A stretch of DNA of 64,000 nucleotides, taken from positions 80,490-144,489 of the forward strand of contig JBBDYC010000008.1 of the NCBI GenBank assembly GCA_040901985.1. The letters are read 5' to 3'. A program made the translations under genes and the position numbers. The stretch is from Gemmatimonadaceae bacterium (GTDB lineage Bacteria > Gemmatimonadota > Gemmatimonadetes > Gemmatimonadales > Gemmatimonadaceae). Each line of letters begins with the position of its first letter. The stretch's first letter is position 1. The notes under the pieces were generated by a model. It searched no databases. It was not told where the DNA came from and saw only the letters and a list, made by a program, of their open reading frames with translations. Below are positions 29,526 through 38,500 of the stretch, one piece after another.

Positions 29526-29573
29526 TTATCGATATTTACCGATATTTTGTCGATATGTCAAGATTATCGATAA
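29526..29573 (-). promoter_or_regulatory. Putative sigma70 promoter of the fic gene overlapped by four TT(A/G)(T/C)CGATA(T/A) boxes
   Basis: Minus-strand TTGACA at 29561-29556; boxes at 29526, 29536, 29547 and 29564 (the last is the perfect palindrome TTATCGATAA). Confidence 0.55.
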
Positions 29574-29927
29574 ACAATCTGGCCACTGGCTGGCAGAGAA
29601 CCGGGATTGCAGGGTCAAGGTAAGCGGTAGAGAAGAAGCCCTCGGCGCGATGGTATGCGACGACGAGAACCCGATGCCGACGAGGCCAAGCCGACTGGAC
29701 TGACCGGCAATGCGCTCGGCGACCGCAGAGCTAACGGCACACACGCATACCGAGCGCATTGCCCCTATGATCTCAATCGGGCGGTGGACGAAATCGCACG
29801 CGCGTTCCTGGCGGGTAGGATTTCGCACGCTTCCGAGCGGCGGGGTCCACTTCAATACTCCCTGCCGCTTCCAAGGATTTCAGTGCCGAATTGAGGTGGC
29901 CGCTGTGGAAGTCGGTCTGGTCAGCAG

Positions 29928-30086
29928 GTGAGTGCGATGACGGCCACGCTTGATGCGAGTCTCGCCGCGTGGCGGGCGCGCCCGCTCAGCGGCTCGTATC
30001 GTTATCTCCTCTTCGATGCGCGCGTCATCCGCGTCTTCCCGAATGAGGCGAGTCTCGTGCGCCTCACGAGTGCGCTCGCCACGTGG
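29928..30086 (+). mobile_element. IS256-family transposase remnant (internally deleted)
   Basis: LAAWRARPL..YRYLLFDA joined directly to VIRVFPNEASLVRL, motifs normally far apart in IS256 transposases. Confidence 0.6.
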
Positions 30087-30398
30087 GCCGCGAAGAAGCG
30101 ACGCTGGGGTGTGCCGCGGCTCACGAACAAGATGCGCCGGCTCGGGTTTTGCGCGAATCCGAAGCGGATTGCCCGGATGTGTCGCGAGGGGCGGCTGTTG
30201 CTCAAGCGCCGGAAGGGCCGGAAGCGGGTGGCCGTGGTACGCGTGCCGCACCTCGTGCCCACCGGTCCCAATCAGCGCTGGAGCATGGACTTCGTGCACG
30301 TTCGGCTGGCCGATGGACGCCCGTTCCGCGTGCTGACGATGCTCGACGAGGGGACCAGTGAGTCGCCCGCCTTGGACGTTGGCCGCAGTCTCACCGCG
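30087..30398 (+). mobile_element. IS3-family OrfB transposase fragment
   Basis: RWGVPRL...NPKRIAR..REGRL...PNQRWSMDFVH.RLADGRPFRVLT.LDE. Confidence 0.8.
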
Positions 30399-30399
30399 C

Positions 30400-30720
30400 G
30401 CCCAACCGTCCGCGTGGCATGCGACGGCAGGCCGAGCCCGCCACCATCAATGCGCTACCCGCAATCGTCCCGGCGCCGAGGCTGGCGCCCACCGAGGCCA
30501 GCCGCCGGTGGGCGGCGCTCCTGCAACAGGTCTTCGAGGTCGACCCGCTCGCCTGCCCGGCGTGCCACGGCACGATGCGGATTGTCGCGTGCATCACCCA
30601 AGCCTCGGTAATCGACCGGATCCTCACGCACCTTCGCGCCCGCGCCGCGACCGCGGCACACGCCGGCGCGCGGAGTCCCCCCTCGACCCGGGCTCCGACG
30701 GCGCCGGGCGCCCGCCAGCC
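30400..30720 (+). mobile_element. IS91/ISCR-like rolling-circle transposase C-terminal fragment
   Basis: NRPRGMRR...WAALLQQVFEVDPLACPACHGTMRIVACI...IDRILTHL. Confidence 0.72.
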
Positions 30721-30742
30721 CTCGCGTGGTCGGCGGTCGCGC

Positions 30743-31447
30743 CTAGCGTGCCTCGACCCTGAAGGTGAGTGGGAACTCGACGAGTTGGCGGACCGGCTTC
30801 GTGCCGATGCGCGCCGGACGGAACCGCATCCGCGGCAACGCCGAGCGGACCGCCTCGCTGAACGCCGCGTGCGTACTCTCAATGACGACAACCGTCGCGG
30901 GCTCCACGCGACCGTTGGTCCCGACGACGAACCGCACGCGCGCCACGCCTTCGACCCGCTGACGGCGCAACGCGTCCGGGTAGCGCGGGAGCGGTGAGCT
31001 CGGCAGCAGCGCCGCAGGGACGTCCACTTCGCTCGCGCCGAGCGCACCGTCCAGCGGCGTCCCGGCCGGGAAGAACTCGCCGGTGCCTGGCTCGCCGGTC
31101 GGCTCGCCAGCAGAGATCACCGGCGCCGACGTGACGGGCTCTGAGGCCGGCGCCGGGATCGTGGACGGAACCTCGCTCACGACCGGCAGCGTCGGCTGCG
31201 GCGCAGTCGTGGGCTCGACCGTCGGCTGAGTCGGCTTGGGCGCGACCGGCGCCGGGGGCGCTGGACGCGGCTGCGAGAACGGCGCGAGCGGAACCACCCG
31301 CGTCGGCATCGGGTCCGCGATACCCATACGCTCCGCGGTGGCGACGATCGCCAACGTCAGCACGAGTCCGTGCAACGTCAGACTGAGGGCGGTCCCCGGT
31401 GCGCTTCGATCGGGCACGGGCCGCGACGCAATGAGCATCCTGAACAT
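30743..31447 (-). CDS. Energy transducer TonB family protein
   Basis: TM with SxxxH (SLTLH), Pro-rich linker, C-terminal PRYPDAL..EG...FVV..NGRV...FRPA. Confidence 0.9.
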   Translation of the reverse strand: MFRMLIASRPVPDRSAPGTALSLTLHGLVLTLAIVATAERMGIADPMPTRVVPLAPFSQPRPAPPAPVAPKPTQPTVEPTTAPQPTLPVVSEVPSTIPAPASEPVTSAPVISAGEPTGEPGTGEFFPAGTPLDGALGASEVDVPAALLPSSPLPRYPDALRRQRVEGVARVRFVVGTNGRVEPATVVVIESTHAAFSEAVRSALPRMRFRPARIGTKPVRQLVEFPLTFRVEAR

Positions 31448-31574
31448 CGCTCCTCCGGGTCGGTGATGCCTCCTATTTCACCATACCCGTGTTCCATTGC
31501 TGCAGTGTCGCGCGAAGATTACGTCGGGATGAATGTCGGGTGACGCTTTGTCTGCCTCCGGAACGTGCGCTCGG

Positions 31575-33035
31575 TCACACGAGCATCCCCGCCAACGACG
31601 CCGACATAAAGGCCGCCAGATTCCCCGCAATCATTGCCCGCAGGCCGAGCCCGGCGATCTCGCTCTTTCGTTCCGGCGCCAGGCCGCCGATGCCGCCAAT
31701 CTGGATGGCGATGGACGAGAAGTTCGCGAAGCCGAGCAGCGCGTAGGTGAGGATGATTGCCGAGCGCGGGTCGAGCACCTGGCCGGCGGCGAGGTCGGCA
31801 CCGAACTGCGCATAGGCGACGAACTCGTTGAGCGACGCCTTGATGCCGATCAGGCTGCCGACGTAGGCGGTGTCGGCCCACGGCACGCCCATCACCCAGG
31901 CGAGCGGCCTCAGGAAGAAGCCGAGGATTCCCTGCAGGCTGAGGTCGGGGTAGCCAACGAACCCACCGGTCCAGCCAAGCAGGAAGTTGAGTAGCGCGAC
32001 GAGGGCGACGAACGCCATCAGCATTGCGGCGACGTTGATCGCGAGCTGCACGCCCTGCGCGGCGCCGTTGGCCGCCGCCTCGATCACGCCGCCGTCGGGC
32101 GAGCCCTTGCCCACGTTGAGGAACGACCAGCGCCCTGGCTTCTTCGGCGCGTCTTTCATCGCGCCCGCGGCGTCGCCGATCCCGCTCTGCGTCACCGGCA
32201 CTCCCGTCTCCGGCAGGAGGATCTTCGAGAGCACGAGTCCGGCCGGCGCATTCATCACGCTCGCCGCGAGCAGGTGGCTCGCGATCCCCGGGAACCAGCC
32301 CGAGAGCATTCCGACGTATGCGGCGAGCACGCCGCCGGCCACCGTCGCAAAGCCGCCGACCATCACCGTGTTGAGTTCGCTGCGCGTCATCGAGCCGATG
32401 AACGGCTTGATCAGCAGCGGCGACTCCGTCTGTCCGAGGAAGATGTTCCCCGACGCGCTGAGCGTCTCGGCTCCCGACGTCTTGAGCGTCTTCTGCATCA
32501 CCCAAGCGAGACTCTTCACGATCAGCTGCATCACGCCGAGGTAGTAGAGCACCGACATCAACGCCGAGAAGAAGATGATGGTCGGCAGGACATTGAAGGC
32601 GAAGTAAGCGCCGGTCTGGGCGACCATCGCCGCCGCCCCCTCGTCCGCGGCCCCGGCCGCCGGCACCACCGGCACGGTGGACTGCACCAGGTTCCCGAAG
32701 ACGAAGCGCGCGCCCTGCTCCTGGAAGCCGAGGAGTCCGGTGATCGCCGCCCCGACCTTCTGGAAGACCACCCGTCCGACCTCGGTCTTGAGGACAATCA
32801 GGCCGAATACGGCCTGCAGGCCGACGCCCGACGCGACGAGTTTCCAGTTGATTGCCTTGCGATTGTATGACATCGCGACGGCGAGCGCGAGCATCGTCGC
32901 GATGCCGACAAGCCCCATCAGGCGGCTGGTGAACGGGACGTCGAGGCCGGCCTGTGCGTCGGCAAGACGTTCGGCGGCGGTCTGGAGCAGGGGGATCACG
33001 GTCGCGCTGGACGGCACGAGCATCGAGGTCTCCAC
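31575..33035 (-). CDS. NupC/CNT concentrative nucleoside transporter
   Basis: LPTIIFFSAL, NIFLGQTE, GFATVAG, NEFVAY and GFANFSSIAIQIGG. Confidence 0.93.
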   Translation of the reverse strand: METSMLVPSSATVIPLLQTAAERLADAQAGLDVPFTSRLMGLVGIATMLALAVAMSYNRKAINWKLVASGVGLQAVFGLIVLKTEVGRVVFQKVGAAITGLLGFQEQGARFVFGNLVQSTVPVVPAAGAADEGAAAMVAQTGAYFAFNVLPTIIFFSALMSVLYYLGVMQLIVKSLAWVMQKTLKTSGAETLSASGNIFLGQTESPLLIKPFIGSMTRSELNTVMVGGFATVAGGVLAAYVGMLSGWFPGIASHLLAASVMNAPAGLVLSKILLPETGVPVTQSGIGDAAGAMKDAPKKPGRWSFLNVGKGSPDGGVIEAAANGAAQGVQLAINVAAMLMAFVALVALLNFLLGWTGGFVGYPDLSLQGILGFFLRPLAWVMGVPWADTAYVGSLIGIKASLNEFVAYAQFGADLAAGQVLDPRSAIILTYALLGFANFSSIAIQIGGIGGLAPERKSEIAGLGLRAMIAGNLAAFMSASLAGMLV

Positions 33036-33095
33036 GGGGAGCGGATCGGACGCGGAACGGGGATGGCGGGGCCGGAGTGAAGCTACGGCCGGCGG

Positions 33096-33569
33096 TCAGC
33101 CGCCGCGAGCGGCGCGCCAGGCGGCCAGCGCGCCAGCGGCGCTGCGCTGGACCTTCGCGCGCAGGAGCGGCGACCAGCCGAGTGCCCAGCCGATCGGGCC
33201 GAGCGCCTGGCGGGACCAGCGCCAGAACGAGAAGCGGTCAATGTGCCGGACAATCCGCTGATCGCGGAAGTGGAACTCGGCGCGGATGCGGTTGTGCACC
33301 TTTCGGCCGGTGGCGGAGAAGGTGTACCGCGCCTCCCAGCGCGCGCTTCCCGTGGCGTCGTCGGCCGCGACGTCGGAGAACTCGACCTGCAGGTCCCGTC
33401 CGCGTGCAACGAGCATCGCCCACATCGCGCCGACCTCGGCCCCGCGGAGGTCGGGAAACGCGGGGTCGGAGAAATGGGCGTCGGGGTGGTAGCACGCCGC
33501 CATTGCCTCGGCGTCACGCCGTTGGAAGGCGTGGTAGAAGTGCTCAATCAGCTGTCGGTGCGCCAGCAT
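33096..33569 (-). CDS. NTF2/SnoaL-like family protein
   Basis: FY.AF..RDAEAM..CYHPD..FSDPAF, WEARYTF..TGR.V.N, HIDRFSF. Confidence 0.85.
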   Translation of the reverse strand: MLAHRQLIEHFYHAFQRRDAEAMAACYHPDAHFSDPAFPDLRGAEVGAMWAMLVARGRDLQVEFSDVAADDATGSARWEARYTFSATGRKVHNRIRAEFHFRDQRIVRHIDRFSFWRWSRQALGPIGWALGWSPLLRAKVQRSAAGALAAWRAARGG

Positions 33570-33781
33570 CCCGATATATATGAACGCCGGGTCGTCGCGG
33601 CACCATTACCGAGCGCCGCGGCTGGGACGCCGCCTTCATAGGCGGCGCGGCCGAGGAAGCCGCTGGCGATCGTCTGGAGGAATCGCACCGGCGTACCACC
33701 GCGCGCCACTCCCAGCAGCAGCCCGGCGGCGAGGTCGAAGATGCCGGCAACGAAACCGCCGACGAGGATCGGACGAAGCAC
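33548..33781 (-). pseudogene. Probably 3'-truncated membrane protein fragment
   Basis: MLRPILVGGFVAGIFDL...LQTIASGFLGRAAYEGG..AALG, then hydrophobic character is lost and the frame overlaps the next gene's start. Confidence 0.45.
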
Positions 33782-33863
33782 TGCAAGCTCCGGGAGACGG
33801 GAAGTCCGTTCACTCTACCGCCGCTGCCGGATTCCTGTCACAGGCATCGGTTCGCCGCGTCCG

Positions 33864-34235
33864 TCAGCTCACCGTGGACGTGCAGTGCCCGCAGCGGGTG
33901 GCGCGGATCGGGATGTCGGAGAGGCAGTGCGGGCACTCCTTGGTGGACGGCGGCGGCGGTACCGGCGACGGCGCGCGATTCATCCTGTTCATTGCCTTGA
34001 TCAGGAGGAAGATGCAGAACGCGACAATCGTGAAATCCACGACCGTGTTGATGAACGACCCGTAGGCGATGACCGCCGCGCCCGCCTCCCTGACCTGGGC
34101 AATCGAGGTCAGTCCCGCGGTCTTCGACGGCTCGAGGCTGATGAAGAGGTCGCGGAAGTTGACGTTCCCGAGGAGCTTGCCGAGCGGGGGCATCAGCAGG
34201 TCGGCGACGAGCGAACTGACGATCTTGCCGAACCC
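33864..34235 (-). pseudogene. mscL: Large-conductance mechanosensitive channel MscL with C-terminal zinc ribbon, N-terminus missing
   Basis: FGKIVSSLVADLLMPP...YGSFINTVVDF.IVAF.IF and CPHC..CGHC present. The usual (K)EFxxF..RGNVVDLAVG N-terminus is absent, and no start codon is seen immediately upstream. Confidence 0.75.
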
Positions 34236-34314
34236 ATCGAGCGCTCCGGTTCCGGCGTGGTACAGCGGTGTCGGCAGCTTCCGAAAAGCTACGACCGTGC
34301 CCGCCCCGCCCGCC

Positions 34315-34989
34315 CTACTTGGCGAACACTTTCTGGGAGAGCTGCTGCATCGCGTCCATTGCCGTCTTCGGCGCCTCGCCCTTGACCAGCCAGGAGACAG
34401 CGAACGCGATGATCGCGACCGTTTCGGGCCAGAAGATGTCGACGCCGGTGAGCATCGAACTCGCCGCCCAGAGCACGGCGAGGATCATCACGATCCCACA
34501 GGCGAGGCAGATGTCATCGCGCCGGCGCTTGTCGGGCGGACGGTCGGCTCGCGCGGGGATGCTCGACTTTCGGAAGAGCCAGACCGCGAAGACGATGAAG
34601 CAGATGAAGAGGCCCACCGCCGAGACGTAATGGATGACCGTCGTGGTCTCGCTCCACCACGTCGGCGGCATGACGCCGTCAGGCGCCGTGGTCGGGAAGA
34701 GCGCCACGCCGATCGCGGCAAGGCCGGCGACCTTCCCAATCCGCCGGTCCGCCAAGTCGTCCTTGTAGCCGCGATAGGTGACGAGAAAAAGCGCCAGCGC
34801 GAAGAGCACGCCGACAAACATCCCGACGGCGCCCGTGTGATAGTAGGCGCTGACCGACGGCAGGAGCTGCCAGGGCTCGAGGCCGTCGGTCGGGCGGATC
34901 CCCGCCAGGCCGTAGATGAGGAACGGCAGGAGCAGGCCGAGGTAGCCGATGAGCTGTTGATGCGCCTTCTGTGTGAGACCGGGCGACAT
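34315..34989 (-). CDS. Hypothetical multi-pass membrane protein (DUF998-like)
   Basis: SVSAYYHT, GVALFPT, IHYVSA and E..A..AF.VSWLVKGE; about 6 TM. Confidence 0.7.
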   Translation of the reverse strand: MSPGLTQKAHQQLIGYLGLLLPFLIYGLAGIRPTDGLEPWQLLPSVSAYYHTGAVGMFVGVLFALALFLVTYRGYKDDLADRRIGKVAGLAAIGVALFPTTAPDGVMPPTWWSETTTVIHYVSAVGLFICFIVFAVWLFRKSSIPARADRPPDKRRRDDICLACGIVMILAVLWAASSMLTGVDIFWPETVAIIAFAVSWLVKGEAPKTAMDAMQQLSQKVFAK

Positions 34990-35015
34990 GCGGCTACCGC
35001 GGACCTCGCAGCACG

Positions 35016-35519
35016 TCAGGGTGTGCGGGTCGCCGGAGGTGTAGGGGGCGGCGCAGTGACGGGAAGGATCACTGCCACGCCGCCATTCGCCGAGCAGCGC
35101 GTGGCGCTCGGCTGGCCGGTCAGGTAGGTCCCGTCCTTGCATCGCATCGTCGCGTCGGCGGGCGGCGGGCCACTGTTCGTTGCGGTCGTTCCCTCCGTGG
35201 CGCGCGATTCGGCCGCCGGTGAGGCAAGCTGCGACGGCGTAGCGCGCGGCGGCGGCACCACGAGCTTTACGCCGCCGCGTGTCGCGCACTCCGCGGTCGT
35301 CGCCGGCGCAACGACGAAGCTGCCGTCGTTGCAGAGCGCGACCGCGTTGGCCGGGGGCGGAGCAGGGGCCGGGGTCGCGGCCTCGGGTGGGGGCACGGGT
35401 GGCGCGGCGACTGGTGCCGGCGGCGCGCTCGGCTGCGGGCGCGCGGGCGCACCCTGCGCCTCAAGCGCCGCTGCGGCGAGGAGTACGGTCAGCGAGGCAA
35501 ATACAATGCGTTGGGTCAT
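35016..35519 (-). CDS. Secreted Pro-rich protein with two C(N/K)DG...C...GGV modules (DUF3761-like)
   Basis: Signal peptide; ALCNDGS..ECATRGGV and MRCKDGT..RCSANGGV; ATG overlaps the upstream stop. Confidence 0.65.
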   Translation of the reverse strand: MTQRIVFASLTVLLAAAALEAQGAPARPQPSAPPAPVAAPPVPPPEAATPAPAPPPANAVALCNDGSFVVAPATTAECATRGGVKLVVPPPRATPSQLASPAAESRATEGTTATNSGPPPADATMRCKDGTYLTGQPSATRCSANGGVAVILPVTAPPPTPPATRTP

Positions 35520-38500
35520 GGGCTGTTCACGGTGATGGTGCTGTTGTACGTCTGGTAGTTGGTCGCGGAGATGCTGACATTCGCCGTGCCGCCCGAGACT
35601 CGCTTGAGCCAGAAGGACACGCTGTACTGGTCCTGCGGCACCACGACGCTGGTGATCGGCGTACTCGCTGTCCCGCCGGAAACGAACTGCAGGTTGGCGT
35701 CCACGCTGAGCGTGAACGTCGTGGCCGCGCTGACGTAGCGAATCGTACTGTTCGGCGCCCTGGTGTAGAGCGTCACCTGCACCGAATCGCTGTTGAGCGT
35801 CGTCGGCCAGCCGCCGATGCCGTCCACACGGCCCTGGCCGACGACGACCGGGCCGAGGACGGAATTGTGGCCTGTCGCGCTGAAGGTAATCGTGTCCACT
35901 CCCGCGGCGATCCCGCTCAGGCGGAAGTCGCGATAGTAACTGCTGGCCGGGATCGTCACGGTGTCGGCGGTGCTCGTGGCGGCGGTCTTGTGGGCGAGCG
36001 CGACCGCGAGCGGCGACGTCTGCCAGTCCGGAGTGTAGACGTACTCCGTGCTCCACTGCCCGATCCCCAGCTGCACCGGTGTGGTCCAGCTCAGCGTGAG
36101 CGAGGGGGTCGTGACGGAGAAGTTCAGGGTACCCGTGCCGTACCGGTACGACTCGACGCGGGCGTCGGTCGCCGAGAGCTGGGCGCTACCGGCGGCCACC
36201 GGGTGGTAGCGGGCGCTGTTGTTGTAGTAGCCGCCCGCCGGAATGGTCACCGTCGCCGAGTCCACTGTCGCGACCTCTACGCTTGACGAGGCAAGCGTGA
36301 CGACGACCGGCTCATTCACGTAGTGCGAGGTGCCATTCGCGTCGGTCGCGTAGACGGTGATGGTCTGCGGGCCGGAGGTGGTCCGTACCGAGGTGCTCGC
36401 GTAGATGACGAACTTCGGCGCGGTCACCTCCTGGTTCACGGTCGCGCCACTGTACCCGAGCGCGCTCGCCTGAATCTGGATGGTCCCGACCACGTCGTGC
36501 GCGGTGATCTGGAAGTAGGTGTAGTAGGCCCCGACCGGGATGATCACGCTGTCCGGCACCGTCGCCACCGACCGGTCGGTGCTGACAAGGTAGACGACGA
36601 GCGGCGAGTCCGTGATGTAGTTCGGCACCTGTACGTAGGCGCCGTACTGACCATTGTTCTGCCGCATCCCGAGGCGCGGCGTGCCATTGTAGAGCGAGAG
36701 CGACGGTCCAGTGACGGTCGTGGTGTTCGTCGTGTCCGCCGCGTAGCCACTGGCCAGCGAGTCCGTGACGATCATTGCCGCGGTGCCGGGGCCGACGAAG
36801 GCCACGCCAGCGCTCGCGTAGTACTGCGTGGGCAGGATGCGAACGGACGCCGCCGTCGGCTGGATGACCGAGCTGTTGGTGGACGTCACCTCCACGACCA
36901 CCGTGTCGAGCACGTAGTGGCTGGTCCCCACGCTGTCCGTCGCGTAGACGAGGAAGCTCGTCGGCGGCGAGGTCGTCGTCGCGCTTCCCGGGAGGTTCGA
37001 CGCCACCAATCGAGTGGACGTCACCCTCACGATTGCCGTGTCGGGGAGGTAATCGGGTGCCGAGGCGATCAGTGTGTCAACGCCGAAACCGAGGCCGGCG
37101 GTCCCGAAGTAGCGGTAGTACGTCCCCGCCGGGATGTCCGGCGTGGTAGTCGTCAGCGAATCGATCGCCGCGTTGGTCTGCGTGATCGTCACCGGGATCG
37201 TGTCGGAGCGGGACGTCGGGATGGAGACGTAGAACTGCTGGGGGTGCGACGCCTGACGCCGTCCGAGGCGATAGGTCGAGAAGCTGAAGCTGAGTTTCGG
37301 CACGCGGACGGTATACGAGACCGTGTCCGCCCCGTGCCCCGGCGCGCTCGCGATGACCTGTGCCGTCCCGACCCCGACGATGGTCACCGGGGTGCCGCTC
37401 ACGTAGTACTGGCCGGCCGGGATCGTGTCGAGGGGCACCACCCGCACGACATTCGTGTCGGTCGAGACGTAGGTGATCTCGAGCGGCGCGAGCCGGTAAT
37501 AGGCGTACCCGGTCGAATCGGTGGAGTACACCGTCACGCTCGTCGGCGCCGCGAAGTTGTCGTAGGTGCCGCCGCCAGACAGCGAGACCTTCGGTGTCGT
37601 CACGCGGAAGGTCGCGGTGTCGGGCTCGTGCCCGGCCGTCGTCGCGATCAGCGTCACCTGACCGACCGCCAGCCCCGCGAGGTTGAAGTACTGGTAGTAG
37701 CTGCCCGCCGGGATCACGACCGAGTCGGGGACCCCGGCAATCGCCGGGTCGGAGTTCTGGATGAATACCGTGCGTGCCGTCGCCGTATAGTTGGGGATCT
37801 GGACGTACGCATTCCGGTACTCCTGGCCCGCGCCCACGCGCAGTTGCGAGAAGCCGAACGAGAGCTTCGGCCCGTTCACCGTGATCTGCACGGAGTCCAC
37901 CCCGTGGCCGGCCGCCGAGGCGCGAATCCAAGCCGAGCCGATTTCGCCTCCGGGGACGATCCTCACGTCACTCGTGTAATACGCACCGGCGTTCACGGTC
38001 GCGCTCGGTGTGTTAACGCGCACGATCATCGTGTCCGAGGACTCGATCGCGACGACCAGCGGGTTGACGCGATAGTAGGCGGTCCCGACCGAGTCGCGCA
38101 CGTACACGGTCAGGTTGCTCTCCGGCGACGTCGTCGTCCGCGTCTGGTTGCAGCAGAGGTCAATCTTGGGCGTCGAGACCGTGAGGAGAATCGAGTCGGC
38201 GGTGAATCCGGGTGCAGTCGCCGTGACGTAGACCGACCCGGGGACCTTGCCCACCAAGGTGTAGTAGGCGTAGTACCCGCCCGGTGGGATCGTGATGGTC
38301 GATGTCGCCGTCGCGATCGTCGTGTCGCTGCTGGTCATCGTGATCGTGAGCCCGGTGCTCAGATACGTCGGCACCTGGACCCAGAGGTCGGACCGGAACT
38401 GTCCGGCGCCGAGTCGCCACGCCGTGCCGTACGCGTCGAGCACCGCCGCATAGGTGTTGACGGTGGAACTCTGTCCGCTGACACCAGTCGCGACCGGCGT

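Noticed and set aside
29580..29927. Short ORFs and possible IS end upstream of the transposase scar
   Set aside because: No family motif and no matching inverted repeat found by eye.
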